The notes beneath the pieces are model-generated. The model had not been told where the DNA came from and ran no database searches. It saw only the letters and a program-made list of their open reading frames with translations. 64,000 nucleotides of DNA, from contig CAZTBM010000002.1 in assembly GCA_964611985.1 (NCBI GenBank), positions 12,802 to 76,801 of the forward strand. Direction: 5' to 3'. Both the position numbers and the translations under genes were made by a program. The stretch comes from an uncultured Desulfurococcales archaeon. Lineage in GTDB: Archaea > Thermoproteota > Thermoprotei_A > CAZTBM01 > SZUA-1508. The number at the start of each line of letters is the position of its first letter. Position 1 is the first letter of the stretch. Positions 49,385-60,282 of this stretch are shown piece after piece.

Positions 49385-50065
49385 TTAGTCAAAGGTATAT
49401 ACTTTTAAGTATTCCTCCTCACTTAATGGTCCTTCCTGGTTTATCTTCTGTGAAAAATGTGATTCAGCAATTCTCACTATTTCCTCTAAGAGCTTTATTG
49501 ATGGTTTATTGAATAATACACCCTTAAACCATGCACTTACAGCTGCATTAACCTTCATCTCCTTCTCATCAGAGATAAACCTTGACTTTACATGTACTAT
49601 ACCTTGTCCTCTTTTAAAAGAGGGTTTAACATTGGATTCATAGAGCATCTTTAATGAGTGTTCATATCTCTTATAGAGGTTAAATAGTGTATGCTTTTTC
49701 GCTATACGTGGTTCGACCTTTAGTTTCCACTTTGTTGTTATAAATGAGTCTACAAATATTATGGACATTTCTTTCAATTTTTTAATCTCTGATTCTAAAC
49801 TTCGATTAGTAAAGTATCCTGCTAGTGATGTGAATGAGTTTAAGCTCCCTCTAATAGACATTATAGAGTGATGTAGGTAAAGTCCATTTCTTAATTTAAT
49901 CATGAATCTCACTGAGCGCAATCCATAGACGGGAGATTCCTTCATTTCAATAAGGTAAACCTCACTTATAATATCAGTAGCATTGGCCCTACAATACTCT
50001 ATAAAATGTTTATTAAGCTCTTTAGCTCTCCCAGGAGCACTCCACAAGGCTAGCCCAAACCCCAA
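49385..50065 (-). CDS. Hypothetical protein
   Basis: 226 aa, no recognisable motif. Upstream of nth in the same orientation. Confidence 0.4.
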   Translation of the reverse strand: MGFGLALWSAPGRAKELNKHFIEYCRANATDIISEVYLIEMKESPVYGLRSVRFMIKLRNGLYLHHSIMSIRGSLNSFTSLAGYFTNRSLESEIKKLKEMSIIFVDSFITTKWKLKVEPRIAKKHTLFNLYKRYEHSLKMLYESNVKPSFKRGQGIVHVKSRFISDEKEMKVNAAVSAWFKGVLFNKPSIKLLEEIVRIAESHFSQKINQEGPLSEEEYLKVYTFD

Positions 50066-50198
50066 ATATATTTAGTAGCACTAGTGTATACATAAGAATT
50101 ATCCTAAGGTAAGCAATCTGATATAGGGACTCTATTAGCTTGACCTTTAGAATACAGAAAGAGGTAGATTTAAATTAAGGGGGTTAATTGATTCTTTA

Positions 50199-51197
50199 GT
50201 GGGGTTAGCTATCATGGAGACGTCAATAAGACCTATAAGAACTGAGGCTAGAATTGCCTTATGGAAGCTTAGGCTTGGAATGATAGGTACTCTCGCAGCT
50301 GTAATATCAATAACAACACTCATACTTGCAGGCGTATTTACTGCCCTAGGATTGCCTTTCTATGGCATTTACGGTCTTTTAATCTTTGTCCTATTTATAC
50401 ACTTGCTACAGTGGCTTATAGGACCCTACATCATTGATATGGTATATCACGTAAGGCCATTAAGGCCAGGTGAGAATCCATGGTTGGAAGAGACTATTAA
50501 AAAACTCAGTACTGCTAGCGGTCTTAGCAAGCCACCAAAGATGATGATAGCCGAAATAAAAATTCCTAATGCATTCGCCTATGGTAGTCCATTAACAGGT
50601 AATAGAGTGGCTGTAACAAGAGGTTTACTAGAATCACTACCTGAAGATGAGATCGAGGCAGTACTAGGACATGAGCTTGGCCATTTGAAACATAGGGACA
50701 TACTAGTAATGATGATGATCTCGATCATACCAGCACTAGTATACTATGTAGGCTACTCACTATACCTGTCTGGATGGTTTGGTGGTAGAGGTAGAGAGGA
50801 GAGAGGCGGAGTAATATACTTATTCCTATTGGGTATAGCTTTAATGATTCTTAGTTACATATTAAACTTATTCGTATTCTATATGAGCAGACTTAGAGAG
50901 TACTATGCAGACTCACATGCAGCACTCACAGTACCTAATGGTGCCCGTAAGCTACAAAGAGCACTCGCTAGAATAATGTATTATAGTGGTTTCATCAGAA
51001 GGAAAGAAAATTACAGCCACTTTAAAGCATTCTTCATATCGGATCCCGATATAAGTGTTAGAGCTAGACATGTAAGGAACATAGATGAACTTGTTGAAGC
51101 AATAAAGCGTGAGAAGCCAAGTATACTAGCTGAGCTCTTCAGCACACATCCACATCCTGCTAAGAGATTAAGATACCTAGACAGATTTGTAACCTAA
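50199..51197 (+). CDS. htpX: M48-family zinc metalloprotease HtpX-like (membrane)
   Basis: HELGHLKHRD zinc-binding motif. N-terminal TM helices. 332 aa. Confidence 0.8.
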   Translation: MGLAIMETSIRPIRTEARIALWKLRLGMIGTLAAVISITTLILAGVFTALGLPFYGIYGLLIFVLFIHLLQWLIGPYIIDMVYHVRPLRPGENPWLEETIKKLSTASGLSKPPKMMIAEIKIPNAFAYGSPLTGNRVAVTRGLLESLPEDEIEAVLGHELGHLKHRDILVMMMISIIPALVYYVGYSLYLSGWFGGRGREERGGVIYLFLLGIALMILSYILNLFVFYMSRLREYYADSHAALTVPNGARKLQRALARIMYYSGFIRRKENYSHFKAFFISDPDISVRARHVRNIDELVEAIKREKPSILAELFSTHPHPAKRLRYLDRFVT

Positions 51198-51238
51198 ACC
51201 ATACCTTCATAATTAATAATCCGTGAGCTGGCATTATA

Positions 51239-52375
51239 ATGACTAATAGTATTCAGGATATAGTCAAGGTGCTCAGTGATTATAGGAAAGCCGAGAAAAT
51301 AATGAGAATATCTGCCAAGATTAAAGAGATCTCTCGGAAGCTAAGAAAAGACTATGAAATAATCAAGATAATGCATGTTTGTGGTACACATGAACATACA
51401 ATAACATATTTTGGTCTTAGAAGCCTTCTTCCAGAGAATATTGATCTTATAGCTGGTCCTGGATGTCCAGTATGTATTGTACCTGCAAGAGATATTGACG
51501 AAATAATAAAGATAGGTTTAGAGTATGATGTTAGAATATACACTTATGGTGATATGTATCGCGTTCCTGGCTCACATGTTAGTTTAGCTAAAGCACGAGC
51601 TGAAGGCCTAGACGTTAAAGTAGTCTATAGTTTTATAGATGCAATAAGGGATGCAGAAAAAATTAATAAAGACACAATATTCTTTGGAGTAGGATTTGAG
51701 ACAACTCAGCCAACTATAGCTTCGAGAATAGTACACGGTATACCCAAGAATCTTAAAATATACTCTTCTTACAGGTTAACAGTCCCTATCATGAGGTACG
51801 TTCTTGATAGACCAGATATTCCATTAAATGGAATAATAGCCCCCGGCCATGTTTCGGTAATAGTTGGTGCTGGAGCATGGGGCTATATTTCCCAAGAATA
51901 TGGCTTACCTGTTGTTATAGCGGGATTCGAGCCTTTGGATATTATGTTGGCGGTTCTTGTAATATTAACACAGCTATCTAAAGGACATGCTGAGACAATA
52001 AACATATATACTAGAACTGTCACATGGCATGGAAATAAAATTGCACAAGAGTACATTAAGAAAGTATTCAACGTTACCGACGGAGCTTGGAGAGGACTAG
52101 GTGTAATTCCTGAAACAGCTCTTGAATTTAAGGAGGAATACTTGCCTATCAATGCTAAAGAACACTTTAAAGTATCTATCACATCATCAAGAGATATCGT
52201 TCCTGGATGTAAATGTCCGGAGATAATACTAGGCAAGGCTAAACCTACAGACTGCCCCTATTTCCTTAAAGCGTGTACTCCTCAGAATCCCTTAGGGGCA
52301 TGTATGGTATCTCAAGAGGGCACATGTGCTATTTGGGCTAAATACGGTTTTAGACCAAACTTAAAGATAAAATGA
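51239..52375 (+). CDS. hypD: Hydrogenase maturation factor HypD-like protein
   Basis: 378 aa. CGTHEH, GPGCPVC, and C-terminal Cys cluster (CKCPE…CPYFLKACTPQNPLGACMVSQEGTC) match HypD signature motifs. Confidence 0.75.
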   Translation: MTNSIQDIVKVLSDYRKAEKIMRISAKIKEISRKLRKDYEIIKIMHVCGTHEHTITYFGLRSLLPENIDLIAGPGCPVCIVPARDIDEIIKIGLEYDVRIYTYGDMYRVPGSHVSLAKARAEGLDVKVVYSFIDAIRDAEKINKDTIFFGVGFETTQPTIASRIVHGIPKNLKIYSSYRLTVPIMRYVLDRPDIPLNGIIAPGHVSVIVGAGAWGYISQEYGLPVVIAGFEPLDIMLAVLVILTQLSKGHAETINIYTRTVTWHGNKIAQEYIKKVFNVTDGAWRGLGVIPETALEFKEEYLPINAKEHFKVSITSSRDIVPGCKCPEIILGKAKPTDCPYFLKACTPQNPLGACMVSQEGTCAIWAKYGFRPNLKIK

Positions 52376-52377
52376 AG

Positions 52378-52890
52378 TTAAGTCATAAACATCTTGTAGT
52401 ATAGTATAGTGGCTATTGATTTGGCATCAGGTATTTCTCCCTTTCTAATCATTTCTATAACCCGTTTAAGCTCCACAGGCTCCACTCTAATGACTTCATA
52501 GGATTCTGGTGTTGAACCAACATACTCTAAGCCTTTAGCTAAGAAGGCATGCATCTTCTCTGTACTATACCCTGGGGCTAGGTACATTTCAAAAAGCTTG
52601 GTTAACTCCTTTGCTTTATACCCTGCTTCTTCGATAAGCTCCCTTCTAGCGCATTCCTCAGGTGTCTCTCCTTTCTCTATTACACCCGCTGGTAATTCAT
52701 AGATCCACTTTTCAATAGGTACTCTATACTGTTTGATCAATATTATTCTACCATCATTCAGTATTGGCAATATTACGACACTTTCTCTGAATTCAACTAC
52801 TTCTCTCTCAACAATATTGCCATTTGGTAATTGTAGTTCAACTACTTTCACATTTACTCTACGACCACGATACACATATTCGATGCTCAA
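52378..52890 (-). CDS. NUDIX hydrolase (ADP-ribose pyrophosphatase-like)
   Basis: Nudix box GVIEKGETPEECARRELIEEAGY. 170 aa. Confidence 0.8.
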   Translation of the reverse strand: MSIEYVYRGRRVNVKVVELQLPNGNIVEREVVEFRESVVILPILNDGRIILIKQYRVPIEKWIYELPAGVIEKGETPEECARRELIEEAGYKAKELTKLFEMYLAPGYSTEKMHAFLAKGLEYVGSTPESYEVIRVEPVELKRVIEMIRKGEIPDAKSIATILYYKMFMT

Positions 52891-52982
52891 AATACTCCAC
52901 CCAGAAGAGTTTTATAATCTGTTCAATAGAGTAAGGGGCGGTAGTAAATTAAGATATCCAATAATGGGGATGGTATGAGACA

Positions 52983-53360
52983 GTGTATAAGCTACTTATT
53001 CATATACATGTGTTTGAACCTGGAAAACAAAGTCTATTAGCTCAAGCGGAAAGAACCATATACGAGAGCCATGGCAAACCTGTTATAAAGGATTGTACAC
53101 CATACTCATGTATCTTCATATATGACGATGTTGAAGATAATCTTTTAAATGATGTTAAGAAAAAGTTAACTCATATAGGACGCTATGTTGATGTAGCATT
53201 AGTAGTTGTAAGAGTTGACACGAATGAAGCTATAGATGCATATCTAATCTTTGACGATGTACATAAGCTTAGTAGTACAGCCTTTAGACAGGTACTACAA
53301 TTATACCCCCTACTAGAGAAGTATCTCAGAAACTTGAAAGTCACCGTAAACATAGGGTAA
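52983..53360 (+). CDS. Hypothetical protein
   Basis: 125-aa ORF, no motif. Confidence 0.3.
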   Translation: MYKLLIHIHVFEPGKQSLLAQAERTIYESHGKPVIKDCTPYSCIFIYDDVEDNLLNDVKKKLTHIGRYVDVALVVVRVDTNEAIDAYLIFDDVHKLSSTAFRQVLQLYPLLEKYLRNLKVTVNIG

Positions 53361-53538
53361 TGAAGTCTGTTGAGTTGTGGTGAAAGCTTTTCATTTTTCA
53401 CCACCTCTCTTTACTACATTATCTTAAATCTAACATTGTTATCACTTTTATCAACTTTAAATAAATGTTCTGTTTCGATAATGAAAATTTTAATAGATTG
53501 TTCGAATACAAAGAGGGAGCTGTGTATGGTGGTTTAGG

Positions 53539-54951
53539 ATGATAATCCGAGAAATACTAAAAGTTATCAAGGAAAAGAATGCAAGATGGATCGACCTACA
53601 ATTCACAGACCTACCAGGAAGATTACAACATATAACAGTACCTGCTAGAGAACTTGATGAAGAAAAGTTTAAGAAGGGATTCGGTAAGCTTGATGGAAGT
53701 AGTATTAAAGGATTTAAGAGCATTGAAGAGAGCGACCTAGTACTAGTTCCTGTACCTGAGACCTTCGCCATAATACCATGGACTAATCCCAAAGCTCCAA
53801 CAGCAAGATTCATAACCAAAATCTATGATACATATGGGAAGGGTAGATTCATAAGAGATCCTAGATATACTGCTGAGAGAGCTCATGAATACACTCTAAA
53901 CCAAGGTTATATAGCGTACTTTGGTCCTGAAGTTGAATTCTTCATATTTGATAAGGTTGAAGTAGACATAATGTCCTCTCAGTATAAACAAAGCTACCGC
54001 ATATACTCTAGAGAGGCCCCATGGAATATTGAAGGACCATGTATAAGATTCAAGGAAGGATATTATCCAGTACCACCGATGGATAAACTATGGCTTATAA
54101 GACAAGAGATTGCTGAAGTCTTAGAAGACTACTTCGGCTTTACAGTTGAAGCACACCATCATGAAGTAGCTACTGCCGGTCAAGGAGAAATAGATTTCAG
54201 ATTCAGTGATGTCGTAAAAACAGCAGATAACGTTATGACATTTAAGTACGTTCTACGTAATATTGCAGCAAAACATGGAATGACGGCAACATTCATGCCT
54301 AAACCTCTCTACGGAGATAACGGTAACGGTATGCATACTCACGTAAGCCTTTATGACAAAGATAAAGGAATAAACCTATTCTATGACCCAAACGATGAAT
54401 ACGCTGAGTTAAGCCAGCTTGGTAGATACTTTATAGGAGGACTACTTGAGCATGCAAAGGCGCTAGCGGCAATAGTTGCACCAACAGTTAACAGCTATAA
54501 GAGGCTAATTCCAGGATACGAGGCACCAGTATACATTATATGGAGTCGTGCAAACAGGAGTGCCTGTATACGGGTGCCAGTATATCATAAGAGCGACCAT
54601 GGAAAGAGAGTAGAATTTAGACCTCCCGATCCAGCATGCAACCCCTACTTAGCCTTTGCTGCAATACTTGCAGCAGGACTAGATGGTGTAAAGAAGAAGA
54701 TTGACCCAGGAGACCCCATCGACGAAAACGTCTACACAATGCCAATTGAGAAGAGAAAAGCACTAGGTATTAGGGAGCTACCTGGAAGTCTTATCGAGGC
54801 AATATATGAGCTAGAATCCGATATGGAGTTTTTAAAGCCGATATTCCCAAAGGAACTACTAGAAGTGTATATTAATCTTAAGAAGAATGAATGGAAACTA
54901 GTGAATTCATATACATCGCCAATAGAGATATACCTGTATTTGGATATATGA
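53539..54951 (+). CDS. glnA: Glutamine synthetase type I
   Basis: 470 aa. …[17 protein letters not shown]… and [15 protein letters not shown] signatures. Confidence 0.85.
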   Translation: MIIREILKVIKEKNARWIDLQFTDLPGRLQHITVPARELDEEKFKKGFGKLDGSSIKGFKSIEESDLVLVPVPETFAIIPWTNPKAPTARFITKIYDTYGKGRFIRDPRYTAERAHEYTLNQGYIAYFGPEVEFFIFDKVEVDIMSSQYKQSYRIYSREAPWNIEGPCIRFKEGYYPVPPMDKLWLIRQEIAEVLEDYFGFTVEAHHHEVATAGQGEIDFRFSDVVKTADNVMTFKYVLRNIAAKHGMTATFMPKPLYGDNGNGMHTHVSLYDKDKGINLFYDPNDEYAELSQLGRYFIGGLLEHAKALAAIVAPTVNSYKRLIPGYEAPVYIIWSRANRSACIRVPVYHKSDHGKRVEFRPPDPACNPYLAFAAILAAGLDGVKKKIDPGDPIDENVYTMPIEKRKALGIRELPGSLIEAIYELESDMEFLKPIFPKELLEVYINLKKNEWKLVNSYTSPIEIYLYLDI

Positions 54952-55278
54952 AACGAGAGAAAGCTAATAGTTAGCTATATAATCATTATACTGCTATTGA
55001 AGATAGCTGCTAGGTGGTAAAAAGGACATTCTTGGAATTATCATGTCGTATATGGAAGAATATACATGTGTATACATCATTAAATTAGCCTGCTAGCTGC
55101 CATTATAGTATTATCATTAATCCATGTAGCCTTAAACTGGAAAAAGGTTATAAAGACTTCAAGGAGCTCTTTTTACTAATTCTGATATTACTAAGTACTT
55201 AGTGTTTAGAGTCTGTTCACTTTTTAAAATAAAGAGTTATCTATGCGTAAAGACTACTTTTATACACGGTGATAATTT

Positions 55279-55689
55279 ATGAATGAGAAATGTGAGAGAA
55301 GAGAAGGAAAGGAGAAGTATGTATCAGAGGATGCAAGAGAATTAAGGGAAGTATTAACTGCAATAATAGAATTCCTTAGAGATATAACTGGACCATTAAA
55401 AGAACTTATGTCTCTTGTTCAATCAAGCATCGCAGGAGATAAACTAGGTAAAGATATCGCTGAGTTCTACAAGAATTTGAAAGACTCAGGCTTACCTGAT
55501 GATGTAGTTAATGAGCTTATTAAGAAATACTATGATGATAGAATGAGCTTATTAAGATTAATGAGTAGCCTATTTGAAGGATTAAGGAGAGGCCGAGCCA
55601 TAATAGCGGCTTCAAGAGGGGAGGAAACAAAATCTTCGATAAAGGAGGCATTAAAGGAGGCTTTAAGGAAAAAAGAGGAAGAAGAGTAA
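55279..55689 (+). CDS. Hypothetical all-alpha protein with Lys/Glu-rich tail
   Basis: 136 aa. First of six co-directional small genes. Confidence 0.35.
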   Translation: MNEKCERREGKEKYVSEDARELREVLTAIIEFLRDITGPLKELMSLVQSSIAGDKLGKDIAEFYKNLKDSGLPDDVVNELIKKYYDDRMSLLRLMSSLFEGLRRGRAIIAASRGEETKSSIKEALKEALRKKEEEE

Positions 55690-55737
55690 TGTTGAATGTC
55701 TAGTCTTCTTTTCTTCCATACTAGTAAGGTGTAGTAA

Positions 55738-56178
55738 TTGAGTAAAGGAAGCGATCTTGAGGAAAGATTAGAGAGACTAGAATACTTACTTAAAGATATA
55801 CTCTCTAGACTTGAAAGATTAGAATTAGTTCTTGCGAAAATGAATCCTAGTATTAGTGAAGTATTAAAGTTTACAGGTGAAATTATAGCATTATTCTCTT
55901 CACCACCCATTATAGCTCTTGAAGCAGCTGGAAAAATACTCAATATTATGAAGAGATATGGTAAACTGGATGATATCTCTAAAGCTATTATTGAAGTTTT
56001 AAGTGTTAAAGGCGAAGCTAATATTAGTGAACTAACTAGAGAAGTTAAGGCTATACGAGGTAAAGCTTCAAGAAGGATTATAGCAGAGAGGGTAAGAATG
56101 CTTTCAAACACGGGTATAGTATCATTGGAGAAAAGAGGTAATAGAATTATCGTTAAATTAAATGTAGACATAGAATAA
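55738..56178 (+). CDS. Coiled-coil + winged-helix DNA-binding protein
   Basis: N-terminal heptad region (LEERLERLEYLLKDILSRLERLEL). C-terminal wHTH-like (ISELTREV…GIVSLEKRGNRIIVKL). Confidence 0.45.
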   Translation: MSKGSDLEERLERLEYLLKDILSRLERLELVLAKMNPSISEVLKFTGEIIALFSSPPIIALEAAGKILNIMKRYGKLDDISKAIIEVLSVKGEANISELTREVKAIRGKASRRIIAERVRMLSNTGIVSLEKRGNRIIVKLNVDIE

Positions 56179-56194
56179 CATTGCATCATGGTGA

Positions 56195-56485
56195 ATGAAC
56201 ATCCAGCTATATAAGATAATAAAATCCCTTTATGTAGTACTCTCGATCATAATCCATATTTCTATTCTACTATTATATCTTGCAATAATCCTACTTTATC
56301 TAAAGATGAAAATGATTTTTTATAAAAGATTCTGGCTTTGGAAAATGAGAAGAGAACTAATTAAAGCAAAAATGCCAAGGTCATTGGTTAATAGCATTTA
56401 TCATCACTATTGTGAAGACTTAAACTCTCTATTTAAACATTTTAGCTTAAGGAATATGATACATATAATCAGGGAGAGCACTTAA
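56195..56485 (+). CDS. Small single-pass membrane protein
   Basis: 96 aa. One strongly hydrophobic helix then basic region. Confidence 0.35.
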   Translation: MNIQLYKIIKSLYVVLSIIIHISILLLYLAIILLYLKMKMIFYKRFWLWKMRRELIKAKMPRSLVNSIYHHYCEDLNSLFKHFSLRNMIHIIREST

Positions 56486-56531
56486 AGTTTATATATAGTT
56501 AGATTTCTCTTTAATGTAGAGGCGAAGTTAG

Positions 56532-57143
56532 ATGGAACTTCCAAGTATAATTAGGGATTTAGGGGAATCACTTATAGCTCCGAGACAGGTTATACAAATA
56601 TTAATTGCTGAAAGAAGAGGATTAACTTTTGGCTTCTTTATAGTACTTTTATGCTCTATTCTTGTAGGGGCAACAGCCACAATGGTCTTTATTAGTAAAC
56701 TAATATCCTTCGTACCTTTAGGTATCCTCAGTTGGATATTTGGGAATGTGGCAATATTATTTGGTATAGCTTCTTTCGTAATCTTAAGTATTGGTTATTG
56801 GCTTATTGGCGGTCTTATTATACATATTTTCTGTAGATTATTAAAGGGTAATGGGCTTTTCGAACACACTCTTGTGGCATTTTCGTATCTTTGGCTACCA
56901 TCCTTCCTTATAGGTTTAATAGCACCAGTATTAATGTTTCTTGATTATCTCACTTCTCTAGGCTTATTCTTGCTGATGTTATGCATATCTTTCATATGGG
57001 GAGTAATATTATCTGTTCAAGCTTTAGCAGAAGCACATAACTTTAGTGTGAGTAAAGCTCTGTTATCGATGATAGCTCCAATACTTATACTTATATTCAT
57101 ATTTGCCACTTTATTCTCCTTAAAAATCTTCGTATGGTGGTAG
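56532..57143 (+). CDS. Yip1-domain-like polytopic membrane protein
   Basis: 203 aa, 5 predicted TM helices after a short cytoplasmic N-terminus. Yip1-like architecture is my inference. Confidence 0.45.
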   Translation: MELPSIIRDLGESLIAPRQVIQILIAERRGLTFGFFIVLLCSILVGATATMVFISKLISFVPLGILSWIFGNVAILFGIASFVILSIGYWLIGGLIIHIFCRLLKGNGLFEHTLVAFSYLWLPSFLIGLIAPVLMFLDYLTSLGLFLLMLCISFIWGVILSVQALAEAHNFSVSKALLSMIAPILILIFIFATLFSLKIFVWW

Positions 57144-57147
57144 ATTC

Positions 57148-58026
57148 ATGAGTAAAAGCGGTAAAATAACTCTAAGCGACTTTTTAGGGGTACTCGTGGT
57201 GTTAGGCATAGCTATTGGCATATTAGTACCGATACTTGCTTCAAGTATTATGAGGACCTATAAGCAAGAAGCTCTTACAGACTTTGATAGGCTCATGCAG
57301 GGAATAGCACATATACCATTTATGAAGATAACTAAGAAACTTGTTAAAGAATACACACTTAATGTAAATAAAGAGTTCCATGCAGTGATCGAAGTTACTG
57401 GTGGCGCAATAAAAATAACTGAGGGACATGGTAACATAGTGAAAATACGAGTATATGCATATGAAGGTATGCCATGGTTTAAAGGAGTAGATAGTGAAAG
57501 AAAATATAATGTGTATTATTGTGAACGTACTAATACGCTATCTATTAATGTTAATAGATACTCCGTTGTTATAGAGATACCAAGTAATTATATTTCATCG
57601 ATATCTCTAAGTATAAGTGGTGGAGTAGCAAAGATAGATACTCCCTTAACTAATCTGAAATATCTTGTGGTTAATGTTTCAGGTGGAGCAGTAGATCTAA
57701 AGCCTGCAAGTTTAGGTAAGGTAAACGTTAGCATTAGCATTACTGGTGGAGCCCTTGATGGTAATTTAGAATTCTCTAGATATGTAGGTGAATCAGATGT
57801 TAAAATAGATATGTCTGGTGGAGCAATAGACCTGGATATACAATTACCAAGTAACGTTAAGGTAAAAGTTAATGGAGAATTTACTAGTGGTATAGTGTCA
57901 GTCAAGATTAATGGTGAACATGTAGGCCGGTCTTACATTGAAGACGGCTACGAGCAAGCTAGTAGTAAAATCTACATAAGCTATGATGTTCATGGAGGAA
58001 TAATAGATGTTGGGATTCGTAAATGA
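57148..58026 (+). CDS. DUF4097/LiaF-like membrane-anchored beta-helix repeat protein (putative adhesin fold)
   Basis: N-terminal TM (LGVLVVLGIAIGILVPILA), followed by repeated S/TGGA(I/V)D-type units (SGGVAKID, SGGAVDL, TGGALDG, SGGAIDLD) characteristic of DUF4097. Confidence 0.55.
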   Translation: MSKSGKITLSDFLGVLVVLGIAIGILVPILASSIMRTYKQEALTDFDRLMQGIAHIPFMKITKKLVKEYTLNVNKEFHAVIEVTGGAIKITEGHGNIVKIRVYAYEGMPWFKGVDSERKYNVYYCERTNTLSINVNRYSVVIEIPSNYISSISLSISGGVAKIDTPLTNLKYLVVNVSGGAVDLKPASLGKVNVSISITGGALDGNLEFSRYVGESDVKIDMSGGAIDLDIQLPSNVKVKVNGEFTSGIVSVKINGEHVGRSYIEDGYEQASSKIYISYDVHGGIIDVGIRK

Positions 58027-58703
58027 GCGATGACAAATTAGTTATACCTGAGGATAGACCGTTAGCAGCCCGTAGGGTACTCGATATTCTTAATAGTGGA
58101 CCTAAGCTTTCAATATTAAAGGTGCTATTAGATCAAGGTGAAGCATCAGCTAAGGATATCGCTAGTAAGGTTAAGACAAAGCTATCAACAGTACTTTCAC
58201 ATCTATCAGACCTTGTTAAAGCAGGACTAGTGAAGGTAAATGTACAAGACTTGAGAGGTAAACAAGTAAAGAAGTACTCTTTAGTCTCTAGTAAGCTCAC
58301 TATAAATATTGATTTTCGTTTATTCCTACATCTCGAGGAGTATGCTGCTGAAGAGAAACTAAAAGAATTAGAGTATCTCGCTTTGAAGTATATTAGTGTT
58401 AAACGTGAGAAAGAAACTTTGCCATTAACTATTAGTGTTAGAGATGTAGCTAAAGTACTCAATGTAGACATCAATACAGCTATTGAGGTAACAGATTTTA
58501 TAAACACACATACAGATAGGATAATAGATTATCTGTGTAGTGATGCCCTGGACATTATAAAGAATAGGGGTAAGGTTAAAAATTTAAGAGAATTTGCTTC
58601 GTTACTGAATGTTCATCAGTATTGGGCTGCTCTTATACTTCAAAGTCTCTCAAGTAAAGGATTTATTAGGATAATGGATGATGGCTCTATAACTTTGCCT
58701 TAA
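58023..58703 (+). CDS. Winged-helix (ArsR-like) transcription regulator
   Basis: N-terminal wHTH ([34 protein letters not shown]…[12 protein letters not shown]) and a second C-terminal wHTH-like region. ATGA overlap with the DUF4097 gene. Confidence 0.55.
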   Translation: MSDDKLVIPEDRPLAARRVLDILNSGPKLSILKVLLDQGEASAKDIASKVKTKLSTVLSHLSDLVKAGLVKVNVQDLRGKQVKKYSLVSSKLTINIDFRLFLHLEEYAAEEKLKELEYLALKYISVKREKETLPLTISVRDVAKVLNVDINTAIEVTDFINTHTDRIIDYLCSDALDIIKNRGKVKNLREFASLLNVHQYWAALILQSLSSKGFIRIMDDGSITLP

Positions 58704-60054
58704 CAGGCACTCTTGGCAGGTATGATAGGTCTATTTCCTTTGGTTCATAGTCTGCTAGCTTATTCTCTAAGTATTCTAAGTATCCTTGTAGATCTAGTAG
58801 TCCATGACCACTTAGGTTAAATAGTATGACCTTCTTTTCATTCTTTTTCTTAGCCTCTATTGCTACATCTATTGCTGCTTTTACTGCATGCGCTGATTCT
58901 GGTGCTGGAACAATACCCTCTGTTGAAGCGAATAAGTGTGCTGCCTTGAATGCTTCTGTTTGACTATATGCCATGGGCTCTATTATTCCTTTACGTACTA
59001 GTAGACATAATGTTGGAGCATCACCATGATATCTTAAGCCGCCAGCATGTATTGGTGGTACACGATATTTATGGCCAACAGTATACATCTTTAGCAGTGG
59101 TGTTAATTTAGCTGTATCACCATAGTCGTATGCATATACTCCCTTAGTTAATGTTGGACATGCTTTTGGCTCTGTAGCTATGAACTTTGTTTTACTTTTA
59201 CCCTTTAATCTATCTTTTACAAACGGGTATGAAAGTCCTGCAAAATTGCTTCCTCCACCAACACACCCTATAACATAATCTGGGTATTCACCTATGACTT
59301 CCATTTGCGTTTTAGCTTCAAGGCCTATAACTGTCTGATGTAGCAACACGTGGTTTAATACACTACCTAAACAGTACTTACTGTTGTCACTGTTTAATAC
59401 GTCCTCTATTGCTTCACTTATTGCTATACCTAGACTGCCAGGATTGTTTGGATCCTCACTTAATATTTTTCTTCCAAAGTTTGTTATGTTACTTGGACTT
59501 GGGTATACTTCTGCCCCATAGAGTTCCATTAACACTCTACGATACGGCTTCTGCATGTAACTACTCTTAACCATGAAAACTCTTACTTTAACATTGAATA
59601 ATGCTCCAGCTAGTGATAAAGCACTACCCCACTGTCCTGCTCCTGTTTCTGTAACTACCCTTTCAACACCTTCAATCATATTGTAGTATACCTGTGCTAC
59701 AGCAGTATTCACCTTATGACTTCCTGTGGGAGTTATACCTTCATATTTGTAGTAAATTCTCGCTGGCGTTTTTAATGCTCTCTCTAATCTGATTGCCCTG
59801 ACCAGTGGTGTTGGTCTTCCAAGCTCAACATAGACTTCTCTAACCTCTTCAGGGATTTTTATGTACTCTTCACTGCTAACTTCCTGTCTAATAAGCTCCT
59901 TTGCAAATAACCTTTCTAACATTTGTGGTTCTACAGGTCTCCCATTCAGTAGAATTGGTGGTGGTAGTTCATTGCCTATTTCATGAAGAATATTATACCA
60001 TTTATTTGGAGTTAAATCTGGATTTAAGAGAACTCTTATAGACTTTAAGTCCAT
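58687..60054 (-). CDS. trpB2: Tryptophan synthase beta-like PLP enzyme (TrpB2 type)
   Basis: HKVNTA Lys-PLP motif, …[10 protein letters not shown]…. About 455 aa from ATG 60054. The track ORF extends to 60189 with an unlikely N-terminal extension. Confidence 0.7.
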   Translation of the reverse strand: MDLKSIRVLLNPDLTPNKWYNILHEIGNELPPPILLNGRPVEPQMLERLFAKELIRQEVSSEEYIKIPEEVREVYVELGRPTPLVRAIRLERALKTPARIYYKYEGITPTGSHKVNTAVAQVYYNMIEGVERVVTETGAGQWGSALSLAGALFNVKVRVFMVKSSYMQKPYRRVLMELYGAEVYPSPSNITNFGRKILSEDPNNPGSLGIAISEAIEDVLNSDNSKYCLGSVLNHVLLHQTVIGLEAKTQMEVIGEYPDYVIGCVGGGSNFAGLSYPFVKDRLKGKSKTKFIATEPKACPTLTKGVYAYDYGDTAKLTPLLKMYTVGHKYRVPPIHAGGLRYHGDAPTLCLLVRKGIIEPMAYSQTEAFKAAHLFASTEGIVPAPESAHAVKAAIDVAIEAKKKNEKKVILFNLSGHGLLDLQGYLEYLENKLADYEPKEIDLSYLPRVPVKAKL

Positions 60055-60282
60055 TGGTGCATGATGTTCACCGAGACCACAGTAGTCCCACTTGTAGTAT
60101 AAAAACGTATCTATAGGGGATTCAATTAAAACTCTTAGTATTCTGATGTTAATGATCCCATGAGTATGAAGATTTAGTAAAATATACAACAGTATATAGG
60201 AAGGAGCAAACGAAACTTATAGAAATCTATTTATCCTAGATGATTATCCTCTTTACCAGTTATAGTTTTAGGTGTAAAAAGG

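Noticed and set aside
60055-60189. N-terminal 45-aa extension of the TrpB2 ORF in the track
   Set aside because: The extension is hydrophobic, low-complexity and unlike TrpB2 N-termini. ATG 60054 ([12 protein letters not shown]…) gives the expected length.
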